NCBI RefSeq assembly: GCF_018350175.1
Contig: NC_058383.1
Location: 3,968,001-4,032,000, forward strand
Source: Felis catus
Taxonomy: Eukaryota
Direction: 5' to 3'
Length of the DNA: 64,000 nucleotides
The notes under the pieces were generated by a model. It had not been told where the DNA came from. It searched no databases and saw nothing but the letters and a program-made list of their open reading frames with translations. Position numbers and translations under genes: made by a program. Of this stretch, positions 47,108-60,589 are shown one piece after another. How positions within the stretch are numbered: position 1 is the stretch's first letter; every line of letters starts with the position of its first letter.

Positions 47108-47797
47108 AAAAATAAACATTTTTTAAAAAGTGGTTAAAACGGTAAGTTTTATGTCTGTATTTTACAAAAAAAAAACAAAAAAAACCCCAAAAAAACGAGG
47201 CCACTGGCACATCTAGGTACATAGGAAGACTTACTATCATGCCAGCAGGGAAGGGACAGGAGTTGGGTCTGGGCTGTGCCATCGTCACCCCCTCCCCGAA
47301 ACCCTGGGCCACCGGGGACGCAGCCGTATCACCACCTGGCAGGTCGGAGGAAGGAGCCAGAGCAAATGTTGCTGCGCGTGAGAATCACCGGGGGAGACGG
47401 AGAAAATGCCGATGCCCAGGCCTCATCCCCAACAATTACAATGGGACTGCCAGGCGAGGGACCCAAGCATTGGAATTTTTGAAAACTTCCCAGGGGATTA
47501 GCAGCGGGCCGGAGGAAGAGCCTCATGGAGAAGGGACCATACCAGGTGCCACACATGGATGCCACAGGGGCCCAGGACCACAGAACAGACACCCGGCTCA
47601 GCACAGACAGCAAACAGGCTTCAGCCCCCACACCAAGTCCATGGGCTCGTGCTGGCTGCCTGGAGCGTCGTATCTCGAAGGCCCCGGAGCGTGAGTCTAC
47701 GCGTGGCAGGAAGGGGGGCGGCGATGAACTGGCAGTGTCAGCCACAGGCACTGGGCAGGCCAGAGGCAGCCATCCCAGGCTTAAGAGTTGCCCAACG

Positions 47798-47980
47798 AGG
47801 GGCGCCTGGGCGGCTCAGTGGGTTAAGCATCTGACTCTCGGTTTCAGCTCAGGTCATGATCTCACGGTTTCCTGAGTTCGAGCCCCGTGTCTGGCTCTTT
47901 GCCGGCAGCGCAGAGCCTGCCTGGGATTCTCCCTCTCTCTCTCTCTCAAGACAAATAAATAAGCTTACAAAAATTAAAAA
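47798..47980 (+). mobile_element. Can-SINE
   Basis: Head, body, short CT tract and tail. Confidence 0.88.
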
Positions 47981-48588
47981 GTTTGTGAACATTTAGAAGC
48001 AAAACAAAATATAGGTGAGATTAAGTGGTACCCACAAATTAAAAAAAAAAAAAGGTACCCAATGCTTTCACTTCCCTCCTCTTCTCTGAACCTTGCTGCA
48101 AAGTGAGCAAGGCGGAGATGATGACTGTGATTTTATACAGGGATTCACAGAAGTTAAGCCACAAGCTAGGAAGTGGCACAGCTGAGATATGACCCCAGAC
48201 CTTCTGATTCCTGGTTTATTCTTTCCACTGCACTCACTTCCCCTTTCATCCCTGTCTGTGGTTCTGATGGGAAAGGCTCTGCTATCTTTTACACTATAGC
48301 GTAATGTATCTGGGCATCCTCTCCAGGATGGAGAATCGGGAGGCAAAGAAGGGAAGGGACAGAGCCCTCTCGCAGCTCATGAAATCACTGCCTCGTTGGC
48401 CAGTGGTCAGAGCAGCCCTGGCCACAAGTGGCCCGTGATCCCCAGTCCCCCTGAGCCCCAAATTAGTCAGTCCCTCCCATCTTAGAAAGCCTACACCAAG
48501 ACTCTCAGGTCTCATGGGGTCAGGGAAAACCTCTGGCAGACCCAGAGCACAAGAGCCCGTGTCAAACTGAGAATAAAAAAAAAGAACA

Positions 48589-48785
48589 GGGGCGCCTTGG
48601 GTGGCTCAGTCAGTTGAGCGTCCAACTCTTGATTTCAGCTCAGGTCATGGTCCCAGGGTCGTGGGATCCAGCCGTGCCTCGGGCTCCAGGCCATTTGTGG
48701 AGCCTGCTTAAGATTCTCTATCTTCCTCTGCCCCTCTCCCCTGCTTTTGATCTCTCTCTCTCTCTCTCAAACTAAAAAAAAGAAG
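48589..48785 (+). mobile_element. Can-SINE
   Basis: Head, body, CT tract, A tail. Confidence 0.88.
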
Positions 48786-50180
48786 AGCCTGTGTTCCAGG
48801 GGAACCTGCTTCTTTTGTTTCCTATCCCTGACTCAAACCCTGCAATTTCTCCTCACCCCACGAACGCTCTCCTCATGGCCCACAGTCATCACGGCTGTGG
48901 GCCTTCCACATACCTTTTCTTCGGCTTAAAAATCCCTTTCCCTCTTCCCCAGCTGGAAAACTCCTATTCAGCCTTCAAAGCCCAGGTGAAAAGGCCCCTC
49001 TGAAGAGCTTTGCTTGATCCTCACAGTCCCAACCAGACTGCAGAGCAAAAGCCTTCTCTCACCTCTAGGCCAACGCACGAGCGGTTGCTTATGTGGACCG
49101 CCTTCCGTCTTTCTCTTTCTGGAGCACTCCTAGGCAGGGAGTGTTTGGACTCCCACAACTGCCTGTGGAGCCCCTATCACAGGGCACGCAACACGTATTT
49201 GGGTGTTTCTGGGTCCGTCTTGGCCCCCAGACTGCACGCTGGCCCCGATTCGTCTTTGTCTTCTCGGTACCAATGCAGAGCCAGGCGTGCGACAGGTAAT
49301 GCCTGACAAATAACTGATTAATCCATCAACTCACAGCGTTTATGAAGTCGTTCAGACTTGAGATAATAAGTCTGGAACGGTCCCAGCCTTTTAAGATCTT
49401 ACAAAAATTCTGGAGCAGACAGTCTCCTGAGACATGAGTCAATCCAGCCAGGATAAGGGGCTTGCCCAAGGTCACCCAAGAGGCAGGGCCAGTGAGCTGA
49501 CCTGGAAAAGCAGAAGGTAGGAAAGGGGGGCACCAGAGGAGAGACTGCGGACAAGGGTGGGACGCGCCATTGTTTTCTTGAGATTTCTGCAGCGTTTCAC
49601 TGACTGCGACGGTCATTTGCTACGTTAGTCAATTGTAAAACTCTAACCAATGTCCATGTTTGAACTTGAGACCAGGCGTTCTCAAACCTGCCGCATTGGA
49701 GTTGGGAGAGGGAGGGGGGCTGGTCCCAACAGGAGCGCTGGAAACTACCCAAATGCCCATTCAGCGCAGGATGGGAATACACCACGAAAGAGCCACGCCT
49801 CATAACACCACACTGGCCACACACAAGCACAGAAACCGGGATGCATCTCAGACACGGCGCCGAATGACGGGACGCGCTCTCTGGCTCTGTTTATATCAAC
49901 TTCAAGAATCAGCAATGCGAGTCTTTGATGATAAAATCCAGGACAGGGGACACCCTTGGGACTGGGAGACAGCGACTAGAAGGGGTATTTAGGAGGTTTC
50001 TGGTAACTGGCAATGTTTAGCATCTTGATTAGGGTGCTGGCTCCCCAGTTTTTGAGCTGAAATCGAAAGGCAGGCTCTCCTGTACATTAGACTTAAGTAA
50101 AAGGCTAACAAACAGAGCAGCCATGCTCCTAAGGGCTGGGTCTGGGTGGGGTCTGCAAAGGTATGCTTTGGGGGGGGGTG

Positions 50181-50750
50181 GGGGGACACCTGGCTGGCTC
50201 AGTTGGTGGAGCATGTAACTCTCGATCTCAGGGGTTGTGGGTTCAAGCCCCACGTCAAGTGTAGACATTACTTAAAAATAAAATCTTTAGGGGCGCCTGG
50301 GTGGCGCAGTCAGTTAAGCGTACGACTTCAGCCAGGTCATGATCTCACAGTCCGTGAGTTTGAGCCCCGCGTCAGGCTCTGGGCTGATGGCTCAGAGCCT
50401 GGAGCCTCTTTCCGATTCTGTGTCTCCCTCTCTCTCTGCCCCTCCCCCGTTCATGCTCTGTCTCTCTCTGTCCCAAAAATAAATAAACGTTGAAAAAAAA
50501 AATAAAATAAAATCTTTAAGGGGCACCTGGGTGGCTCAGTCAGTAAGCATCTGACTTCGGCTCAGGTCATGATCTCAAGGTCCGTGAGTTCGAGCCCCAT
50601 ATCGGACTCTGTGCTGACAGCTGGGAGGCTGGAGCCTGCTTCGGATTCTAGGTCAACCCCTCCTTCTCTGCCCCTCACCTGCTCCCGCTCTGCCCCCCCA
50701 TCAAAAATAAATAAACATAAATTAACTAATTAATTAATTAAAATCTTTAA
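50181..50750 (+). mobile_element. Three nested Can-SINEs (short 50181-50288; 50290-50512; 50520-50725)
   Basis: TAAAATCTTTA recurs three times between and after the elements. Confidence 0.9.
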
Positions 50751-51959
50751 AAAGAACTTTTAAAAGGGTATGCTTTCTACATCACACCTGCCCTGGGGTC
50801 TACAGGCAGCAGGTGCAACACGGCTGCCCCAGGCAGGGTCTAAAGTGGCTGACCTGCCGGGTCCCCACCGCCTTGGCCCCCAACACATCCCAGCTGCTCG
50901 CCTCCCCTCCCGCTCCCTCCCTTCACGCTGGAGGGGCCAGGCCCAGCCTTCGGGCTTCTGCGGTTCCTCCGTCCTCCGAGCCTGGACCCAGGGCGGTAGC
51001 CCCCAGAGAGAAGTGCTCCTCTTCCAAATAAGCCCAGACCCAGGACAACGAGAGCGGCCGCCCCTCCCCGACTGGGCCGTGCCTGGCAGTGGCGGCCCTG
51101 GGTCCCCAGGACAGAGGACTAAAGAGATTTGTCCTGGCTTCCACACAAAGGGAGTCTGTCTGTCTGTCCCGCAGAGGCCAGCACAGCCCAGGCAGGGCCA
51201 AGCTGGCCCCGGGCCCTGAGAGCCTCCCCCTCCTCCAGCTTGGCCCCAGGATACTTCTTTGTGTCCATTCATGAATTCAGGCTCCTCCCGGGTGCAGACA
51301 GCATCTTGGCTCAGGCTTTGGGAAGCAGTTTTTGGGCTGGTGCCACTCCACGATGGTCTGGAGATCAAAATCCCAGCAGGGAGAGGGCCGGAAACAGGAA
51401 GGGGAAACTGACGAAGGGGTGGGAAGGACAGAGATTGGACCCCGTGCCAGGTCCGAGGAAGTCTGGAGGGAAGATGGGCCACGGCCTCGCTTCACATGGC
51501 ATTCCACGGGGACGGTGCCCCCGGGAGGTGTGCATCTGGTAGTGCAGGCCGGGCAGACCTGGGCAGACCCCAGCCCCCCGTTCTGCACCCTCCCTGTGGC
51601 TCCCCGGGGAACCTCCTCCCCTCTGAGGTAATGAGAATCCCCATCTCTGAAGCAGTGACCACCCTGCCCCCTGCCTCACCGAAGCTACTGGAAGACCACC
51701 GGCGAGAGACCTTCTGAACCAGAAATCCTGGGAGGCGGGGGGCCAGCATCTCAGCAACCCTTGCAACGGGGGGGGGGGGGGGGGGGGCAAGCCCATCCCC
51801 CACCCAAGTTAAGGCTCTGAGAGTTAACGCTCACGGCAATCAGCCTCTGCCAGGACACGGCGAGCTGCGGAATCAGCCAGGCCCCTGGGCCCGGCAGGGA
51901 GAGCCCAACACGCGCTCCACACTGTCTCCCAAGCAGAACCAGCTTGCCTCTTTCTAAAG

Positions 51960-52152
51960 CTCATTTATTGACTTTTGAGAGAGAGCGAGAGAGCCGGCGG
52001 GGAAGGGGCAGAGAGAGAAGGGAACAGAGGATCTGAAGTGGGCTCTGAGCTGTCAGCACAGAGGCCGATGCGGGGCCTGAACTCATGAACCATGAGATCA
52101 CGACCTGAGCTGAAGTCGGACGCTCAACCGACTGAGCCACCCGGGCGCCCCC
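51960..52152 (-). mobile_element. Can-SINE
   Basis: Reverse element ending GAGCCACCCGGGCGCCCC. Confidence 0.9.
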
Positions 52153-54005
52153 AGCTCGCCTCTTAACACACCCTTTGGTGGCTGCGTGTCCTTCCCTGTG
52201 CTCATTCCCCACCGCTTGCCCTTGGGTCCTTGTCTCGGGGTCTGCTTCTGGGGAAACCCAAACTAAGGCAGATTATCTCCAAGTACGAGCTGGCCTCCGA
52301 AGACAGCAGCCACAAGGCCCCTGGGCAAGCAAGCGGCACGATTCTGAATGCCTCTATCCCATCTGGGCACAGTGCTGATATCAAAGGCTTCTTTGTACAG
52401 CACTTCACAGTTTGCAAGGCTCATTCACACTCCCGGGCCACTCGGGGCTGCAGTTCGCTGAGCCTGGGACCCACATCTGCTCCGTTCGCCAAAGCTCTCC
52501 CTGGCGCAGGCCCTGAAATGAATCTGAAGTCACTCCCCAGCTCCCCTCCAAAGCCCTCGGAAGCTTGCGGGCTGACTAGCCCATTTTTCAGATGGGGAAA
52601 TGAGGCACCTAAAGGTAGCCAGCTGAGTACAGCCAGCCCCTGACTCAGGGATGCGGGGGCACAGGGCTTCCTCGGGGACCACTGCTCTTGGGATCCACCG
52701 CTAAAATGAATGACCCACAGCCCCCCGCCCAGACAAGACCACCCCAGGCACTGGGGTCTGTCATCCTCCCAGCCACCTCTAGAAGGACAGGCCACCGCCC
52801 ATGCGCCCTGGCCTCCCTGCCACATCCCCATCTCTGCTGTTTTACCCTCCCCGATGTCATGACGGGATCACAATTCCAGAACATTTCCGGGGAGCTCACG
52901 GAAAACCTCCTCCTCACTGCGACGGCGCGGAGAGCACTCCTCCCAAATCCACACCTTTTCAGAGGCGTGTCCCAAACCGGAATCCACTGGGAGGAATTTG
53001 TGAAGAAAATCAGCTAATATCTCCCCTGCCCCCGGGAGCCCTTGGCCCCTGACTCTGACACAGAGGCCGGGGGGCTCTGATACAGGATGAGGGGCCACCC
53101 TCACAGCCCACGTCCTGCCAGGCTGTGCGCCACCACAAGTGGCCCACCCTTTCCCAGGGAACAGTGTCCTCCAGGCTCGTGCTATTCCCTGGCCGTGCAA
53201 CACGGCAGAGGCCTTGAACGACCATCCCTCCCAACACAGCGCCACGTGCCCTGGCAAAGCCCAGCTCCGCCAACGGCCAAGGGTCCAGAGTACATCCCGA
53301 GACAGGTAGAGCCACAGAAACTCCACAGCAGAGGGTTACTGGATATGCTGAAGCCAGATTTGGGCCCAACTCCGTCCCCTACAACCAGGATTGCGGCAAA
53401 GTGGCTGCCTGATGGAAGATCTATACCTCTCTAGGGCCAAATGCACATGCATGTGCACACACACACGCACGCACACACTGAACACGCCATCCCAAGGGTT
53501 CACAGAGCCCGAAACATCGTCCACACATCCTAAGAATGTCTACACAGACTCATCCAGTCCTTTCCCGCAAGGCCTTTCTTGGAAAGAAATGAACCCCGGC
53601 TTTATGTCGGATAATAACAAAGATCCCACCACTTTGGTGCGCTAAGTGCAGAGAAGTTTGGGGGCGGGGTCTCTCTTCTTCACTAAGAGGGAATTCTGAA
53701 AACCCAAGACTTGATGAAATCATTCATTCCGACAACAGTAACCAACAAACACTAAGACGGTTGATGACAGGTTGCCGAGCAACCGGCTCCTATAAAAGGA
53801 GCTGAGAGTCCCAAGATCCATCTCGCATCACCGGAAACAGGACCTCCGTGCCCCCTGGAGAGATGCAACGAGAAGTTTCTGGCCTTTCCTGCCTGGAACG
53901 TGGGTCCTGAATCAAATCCGGCCTCTACAGCTGTGCTATCTAATATGGCAACCGACAGCTACATGTGGTCCAGTAAACGGGCTTTCTCTCAAATAAAACA
54001 AACCC

Positions 54006-54210
54006 GGGGGCGCCTGGGTGGCTCAGTCGGTTAAGCATCCGACTTCCTCTCAGGTCATGATCTCACGATTTGCGAGTTCCAGCCCCGCGTCAGGCTCCTT
54101 GCTCTCAGCGCAGAGCCCACTTCGGATCTTCTGTTCCCCCCTCTCTCTGTCCCTCCCCCACTCCCGCTCATGCTCTCTCTCTCAAAAATACATAAAACAT
54201 TAAAAAAAAT
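54006..54210 (+). mobile_element. Can-SINE
   Basis: Full element. Confidence 0.9.
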
Positions 54211-54554
54211 TTTTTTTTAAACTAAATAGAACTTACAATTCAAGTGCTCAATAGCGCTAGGACTTACTGCCGATGCTGATGGGTGGGCTGGGGGTCTAGT
54301 GTGGTTAAGGAAGAAAGTCCTCGCCAGGCAGAGATGCGCACTGAAGTCATATCACCCATACCACCGAGCGATTTGTCCTCAAATACTTTAGGACAGAGAA
54401 AAAGCAGAGACGAAGCAAATTTGGCAAAACGTTACTAATTGTTAAGTTGAAGCTAATCGTAAGTTCATTACGCTATTCTCTCTACTTCTATAAGATAAAG
54501 TTTTCATAGTATGAGGACTGGAATACGCACATGCGCTCAAAACACTCCCTCCCC

Positions 54555-54976
54555 ACAAATGCTAACTGATTACCAAAACGAATAATACTTTTACAGAGAG
54601 AAAAGCAGGAAGACCCCCACGTGAGCGAGCGATCACGGAAGACATCACACCGAAGGACAGACTGACACGTGTTGTCGGTTTCAAGGAGCCTAAAAAAAGC
54701 AGCATCGCTTCTACCAAAACGGGGCAGGGGCGGGGGGCCCCGGGCAGCTCACTAGGCTAAGCATCCGACTTCGGCTCAGGTCACGATCTCGCGGTTCGTG
54801 AGTTCGAGCCCCACATCGGGCTCTATGCTGGCAGCTCAGAGTCTGGAGATGCTTCGGATTCCGTGTCTCCCTCCCTCTCTGCCCCTCCCCTGCTCGCTCT
54901 CTGTCTCTGTTTCTCTCAAAAATACTAAAAAAAAAAAAAAGAGAGAAAGAGAGAAAGAGAGAAAGAAAGAAAGGAA

Positions 54977-55050
<74 letters not shown>

Positions 55051-55340
55051 AAAGAAAAGAAAGAAAAAGAAAGAAAACACAAAGCCTCAATCTAACTGTG
55101 AGACCCCAAACCGAGCCCAGGGACCCCACACGAACCAGCCTACAGAACTGGCCCGGACACCTCAAAAACACCGATGCCTGATAGAAAAAGACAAGAGATG
55201 AATTCTGGACTCGAGGAGGCTAAGGAAACCGTGGTGCACCCCAAAGCGGATCCTGGCAGCCGGGGCAGTGAGGGGGCAGTTGGTAAAATCTGCATACGGA
55301 CTCACTGTGAGATAATAGTGCCTCAACACTAAAGTCCCTT
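54555..55340 (+). mobile_element. Ancient L1 (L1MC/MD-like) 3' UTR interrupted by a SINE
   Basis: CAAATGCTAACTGATTAC...ACTTTTACAGAGAGAAA... and CCTCAATCTAAC...GAACTGGCCCGGACACCTCAAAAA. Confidence 0.5.
54735..55078 (+). mobile_element. Can-SINE whose tail has expanded into (GAAA)n (54940-55078)
   Basis: SINE body followed by poly(A) and a long GAAA array. Confidence 0.9.
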
Positions 55341-55399
55341 TTTCTTGTCTTGCCTCTCACATTTAATCAACGACCCGCTTCTGTTACCGTTTTCAGCTC

Positions 55400-55770
55400 G
55401 ACTTTATTTTTTTCATATTTTTTAAAATTGTGGTGAAATACTCTCAACACAGAATTCACTGTTTCAACCGCTTTTCGGTGTCCCGTTCTAGGGCACTGAG
55501 CACATTCACACGGCTGTGCAACCGTGACCGCTGTAGTCTCCAGAACTTTCCATCTTCCCACACGGAGACTCTGTCCCCATTACACACTGACCCACACCCG
55601 CCCCAGCCCCTGGCTCCACTGTCTGCTCTTTGTCTCTGAGTCTGACAACTCTGGGGACCCCACAGAAGCGGAATCACACATTTGTCCTTTTGTCCGTCGG
55701 CTTATTAGCATACTGTCCTCATACAGTTCGTGCACAGTGCAGCACGTATCAGCGTCTCCTTCCTTTTACA
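55400..55770 (-). mobile_element. Old L1 3' end
   Basis: TTGTGGTGAAATACT...CACATTCACACGGCTGTGCAACC...TCTCCAGAACTTTCCATCTTCCCA. Confidence 0.75.
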
Positions 55771-55771
55771 T

Positions 55772-55944
55772 CTTTTTTCTTTTTTGGGGGGGGGAGGGGC
55801 GGAGAGGGAGGGAGAACCCTGAGCAGGCTCCACACCATCAGGGCAGAGCCTGACACGGAGCTCGAACTCACAAACCACGAGACGGTGACCCAAGCCAAAA
55901 TCGAGAGTTGAATGCTTAACTGACTGAGCCACCCAGGCGCCCCC
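55772..55944 (-). mobile_element. Can-SINE
   Basis: Reverse element; flanking TTCCTTTT. Confidence 0.88.
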
Positions 55945-56984
55945 TTCCTTTTTAAGGGTCAGTCTCTGTTCTTAAATGTCATTCCATAAGAGAGTACTTG
56001 GTGCTATATACACACGCACTGAAGGCTTTGGGGTAAAGGGACATACTGACAAGTAACTGACCAATCAATTGACAGTGGCCAATCCCACTGCCAGGAGATG
56101 AACAGGCAGACCCCACCCGCTGCAGCTCCCCAGCCCCTGGGGGCCCCAGGAACCCACCCCCCCCCCACTGCTGCTGTGGTATCTGGATGGCAACCACCCT
56201 TTGGGAAACGAAACCTTGCTACTTAGCCTAAAAGCCTCAATGGCACCCCGGAGCCCATGGGACAAAGGCCAGCTGCTGGGCGCGCCCGGGGAGTTGGGGA
56301 CCTGACTCCACATCCTCCCCTCCAGAGAGTCTGAGTCCAGCCTCAGACTCTTCCCTGTCTTCCTGTGCTTCCCCTGCAGCCCTCTCCGGTGCCCTTCCCG
56401 CTTCCAGCCTCTGCAGAACTCCCGTTCACCCTGAACGACCCACCCCAAAGCCGCAAGGTCTCCGAGGCTTCTGTCCCATCCAGCATCTACCCCCCTCGAT
56501 CACGTATAAAATGTAAATCACTTTCGTTTTTGGCCACACATTCCCCTTCTCGTTCCATTGGGCTCACCTGGAGCCACACCCTTCCACCCCCCAGCCATGC
56601 CTGACTCCCAAACTCCATGCTCCAAAAGATCCAGACTGGCATAGCCCTTCCCCTGACCCTGGTGACTGGTTCAAGGGTATGCATGCAATCCAAGTCAGGA
56701 CACAGAGACTCGATTCCAGGACAGTGGTGATCCTGCCAGGAAAGAGAAACTCCCTGTCCACAAGGGCTGTGAGCAGTCCAGATGTGCAGCCAGCAGAAGA
56801 AACAAAGCCCGAAGACAAAGAGAGACGGCATGGGACTCCTTTGAGACCCTGGATCCAGCTGTACCTGAATTCAGACATGCCTGGACATTTCAGTTCTGAA
56901 CACTAACAAGTTTATTTTCTCTGGTTTTCCCTTACTTCTCCTCCTTTTCCCTCCTTTCCTTCTTGTCCTCATCCTCCTTTTTAA

Positions 56985-57178
56985 AGTTTATTTATTTATC
57001 TTGAGAGAGAGCATGAGCAGGGGAGCGACAGAGAGAGAGCGGGAGAGAGAATCCCAAGCAGACTGTGTGCTGTCAGCACAGAGCCCGACTTGGGGCTCAA
57101 TCCCACGAACCGTGAGATCCTGACTTGAGCTGAAATCAAGAGTTAGATGCTTAACCGACTGAGCCACCCAGGCGCCCC
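56985..57178 (-). mobile_element. Can-SINE
   Basis: Reverse element. Confidence 0.9.
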
Positions 57179-57356
57179 TACGTAAATACTTTTTAAGTTT
57201 TATACTTATCAATCTTCATTTGTATTTTGCCTTTCAAATTTAAGAGAATTTCGGATATCCTAGAATACAAATAATTTTAGGTAGTTTTTTACATCTCGTT
57301 TAATTTACCTTTGCGGGATATTTTTTAAATTACATTTTGCGTTTTCATCCTTTAGA

Positions 57357-57570
57357 CTAGTGCTCTCTGAGAGAAATTTCCACAGTGACAGAAATGTTGT
57401 AGGTCTGTGTTGTCCAATATGGTGGCCACTGGCCACCTGGGGCTCCTGAGCCCTTAAATGTGGCCTCTGCAACTGGGGGACTAGCTTTTTAATTTTACTT
57501 AATTTTAATGAATTTAGACTTGAATTTAAATAGCCACAGGTGGTTAGTGCTAAACTGGACTGCACAACTT
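57357..57570. mobile_element. MER3-like MITE (another at about 35750-35915)
   Basis: TGTCCAATATGGTGGCCACTGGCCAC...TTTAAATAGCCACAGGTGGTTAGTG. Confidence 0.7.
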
Positions 57571-58244
57571 TAGATGATCACTGTGAAGAGAATGCAATCT
57601 CCATGAAAATCTTGAAAATAACATAATTAATGATTTTGCTGCAGCGAAGACAAAAATAAATCGTATGAAATCTATAAACTACTAAGTTATGCACGCCTTT
57701 ATTTTATTTGCTCACCCAGGCATCGCCGGCCTGGCCACAAAGGCCGCGGCACATGTAAAAATAACTAAACTCAACTTCCTTACTTGACAGTGGCCAGTCT
57801 TCATTCATATGACGGCCACCATTCTACAGAGTGTTCAACCCGTGTCATCGTAGAAGCGTATTTGCCGAGGAGGACGGAACGCGTTTCGTTGAAAAGCTTG
57901 TTAGCTAAATTTTTAACTTTAAACATTCAGACATATGGTGTGTGGGCTTCCACTGGGACACTCGGTCCGTCCCCACAGATGCTTGGGGCAGGCCTGTCCA
58001 TGAATGAATGAAGGAGGCGGTGTCTTCTGAGAGCCCTGCCAGGCCGTGCAACGGCACGTGCAGCGGGGAGGACTCCGGATTCTAGCCTCTGGGTCCAGCG
58101 GGGACTGGAAAATCACCTGACTTTGAGGATTATTATCCCCATCGTGGTGTGGGAGGCAAAAAAGCCAAGGACAGTCCAGATGTGAACCTCACTGTGGGCT
58201 CCGTGACGGAGAGCAAACCAAACAGGGACAGAATATGGTACCTT

Positions 58245-58416
58245 GGGGGCACCTGGGTGGCCCGGTCGGTTGAGCGTCTTGACTCTTGAGTTCGGCTCAG
58301 GTCACGATCTCACGGTTCGTGGGTTCGAGCCCCACGTTGGGCTCTGTGCTGAGAGCTTGGAGCCTGCTTGGGATTCTCTGTTTCCCTCTCTCTCTGCCCC
58401 TCCCCTGCTCATGCCT

Positions 58417-58451
<35 letters not shown>

Positions 58452-58460
58452 AATAAATAA
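58245..58460 (+). mobile_element. Can-SINE
   Basis: Full element with (CT)n. Confidence 0.9.
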
Positions 58461-59639
58461 GATCCAGCTAAGGACTAGATGAGATGGTGAATGGAAGATG
58501 CTTGTCACGAGCCTGGCATGTGGTTCCCACTCCACGAAGCCCAGGACTGGCCCGCCCACGGCCGCCCAGCAAGACAGAGGACCCGGAAGCCCCTCCTCGC
58601 CATCCCTTCTCCAGGCACAGAGACCTGCTGACATCAGAGCAAGCCTTGCCAAGAGGGAAGGGTTCTCCGGGGCAGTCCCATGGCTCCTGAGAAGCTTGAT
58701 TCCTACAGAGTGCTTCAAACCCTCCCCAGAAAGAGATTGTAAGTAACAATCACTTACACAAATAACCACCACTTTGGAGCGCCAACTGTATACCTGTACT
58801 GGATGCTTCTCATACATATCTTGATCGCCTCAAGAACAACCACAAAAAATGTTTACGAAACCCATAACCTTCAGAATTTCTCGGCTCGTCCTAAATGGCC
58901 TTGCAGGGACGCTGGGTAGTAGTAGGACGTCAGGATCTAAACCTACAGAGAGCCTACCGGGGTCACCGTATCCTTAACCAACCCCACATTAGCCTCAGGT
59001 ACGAGAGGCTAGCAAGGCTTAATGAATAAGTAGCCTGCTCCAGAGAAGCCAGCAAAGAGATGAGCAGAATCACAACACAAGCTCCTTCCACTCTCCAAGA
59101 ACACCGCTGTAGGAAGAGCAGGGCCCTGACCTTTGTGGGGCCTTAGGAGCAACTTCAAGACCCACGGTAAGAATTGCATTACAGGGGCCATTCCTGGGGG
59201 CGGCCCATGACCTGGTCACTGTAAACTGGGCAATGCACATCACCTGGAACTTGGGACCCACGGGACGTGGCCAGTGCCCAGGTTTGACAACGGATCAGTT
59301 AAGTCTCCTGAACACCGGGACCCCGCTGCAGAGACGTCCCCAGCAGCGTTACTTACAGAAGTGGATTCCAGGAAGCAACTTAAGCACCCGAAGGTGGGAA
59401 ATAATAAAATAAAGCAGGGTGCGATGATGAGATGGAGTGTTAGGCACACATTAAACTGAGCTGGTGAATAATCGTTAAAGACAAGGACACAGAACTGCAG
59501 AAGGTCTCACTTTTAAAATTAGGATACAATGCTAGCTATAGGTACGGTATCTGCAGAAAAAAGACTGCAAATAAACAAAAAACACATTTCACAGCGATGA
59601 TCTCAAGATGGCAGGATGAAGGGTGACCGTTGCTTTCAT

Positions 59640-59684
59640 TTTGTGTAATGTTTATTTACTTTGAGAGAGACACAAAGAGGGGGG

Positions 59685-59732
<48 letters not shown>

Positions 59733-59884
59733 CCCAAGCAGGCTCCACACCATCAGCACAGAGCCCAATGTGGGGCTCAATCTCACAAACTGTGAGATCA
59801 CGACCTGAGTTGGATGCTTAAACCAACTGAGCCATCCAGGCACCCATTGCTTTCTTTTTTTTTTTTTAATGTTTATTTATTTTT

Positions 59885-59933
<49 letters not shown>

Positions 59934-60089
59934 GAGGGGCAGAGAGAGACAGAGACACAGAATCAGAAGCAGGCTCCAGGCTCTGAGCTGTCAGTGGAGA
60001 GCGCGACACAGGGCTCGAACTCACAAGCCATGAGCTCATGACCTGAGCTGAAGTCAGACGCTTAACCGACTGAGCCACCCAGGTGTCCC
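59640..60089 (-). mobile_element. Two tandem Can-SINEs (59640-59846, 59855-60089)
   Basis: Long (GA)n tracts; TGCTTTC recurs at all three junctions. Confidence 0.9.
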
Positions 60090-60589
60090 GACTGCTTTCA
60101 TTTTTATACCTACTCCCCATGATTTAAAACTGTTCTTTAAGGAGCACATGCTCCGTTTATAACCATCATGTTGCTTTATAAGGACCCCCTTTTAACGTCA
60201 GATTTTTAAAGCAAGAGAGTAGACCAACGTCTTGGGAGGTTAATTTGCTTGTCCAAAGTCACACCGCCACTAATTCAACAGATTTGAGTGGTACCTTCTC
60301 AGATGCCAGGTGCTGTTCTGAGCCCCAGGGAGGCAGCAATGGACACAGACAGCTGGACTACACTTCCCAGCCTCCCCTGCAGTGAGGCGTGGCCACATGG
60401 GTGAGTCTCCCCATGGGAATGGGAGCTATCTTATAGGGCACATAGAATCCGGCTTGTTTTTCTTCCCAAGTCACTAATTACAACACTGCCAGGACCCAGA
60501 AACACCCTGTGTACCCCACCTCTCTTAGAGGTAGCCAGTAAGCTGATTTTGCAATAATCATTTTCTGGCTTTCCACATACCTTCCTCTG

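Noticed and set aside
50181..50288. tRNA-like sequence with A and B boxes
   Set aside because: SINE head with an A-rich tail; no convincing acceptor stem, so not called a tRNA gene.
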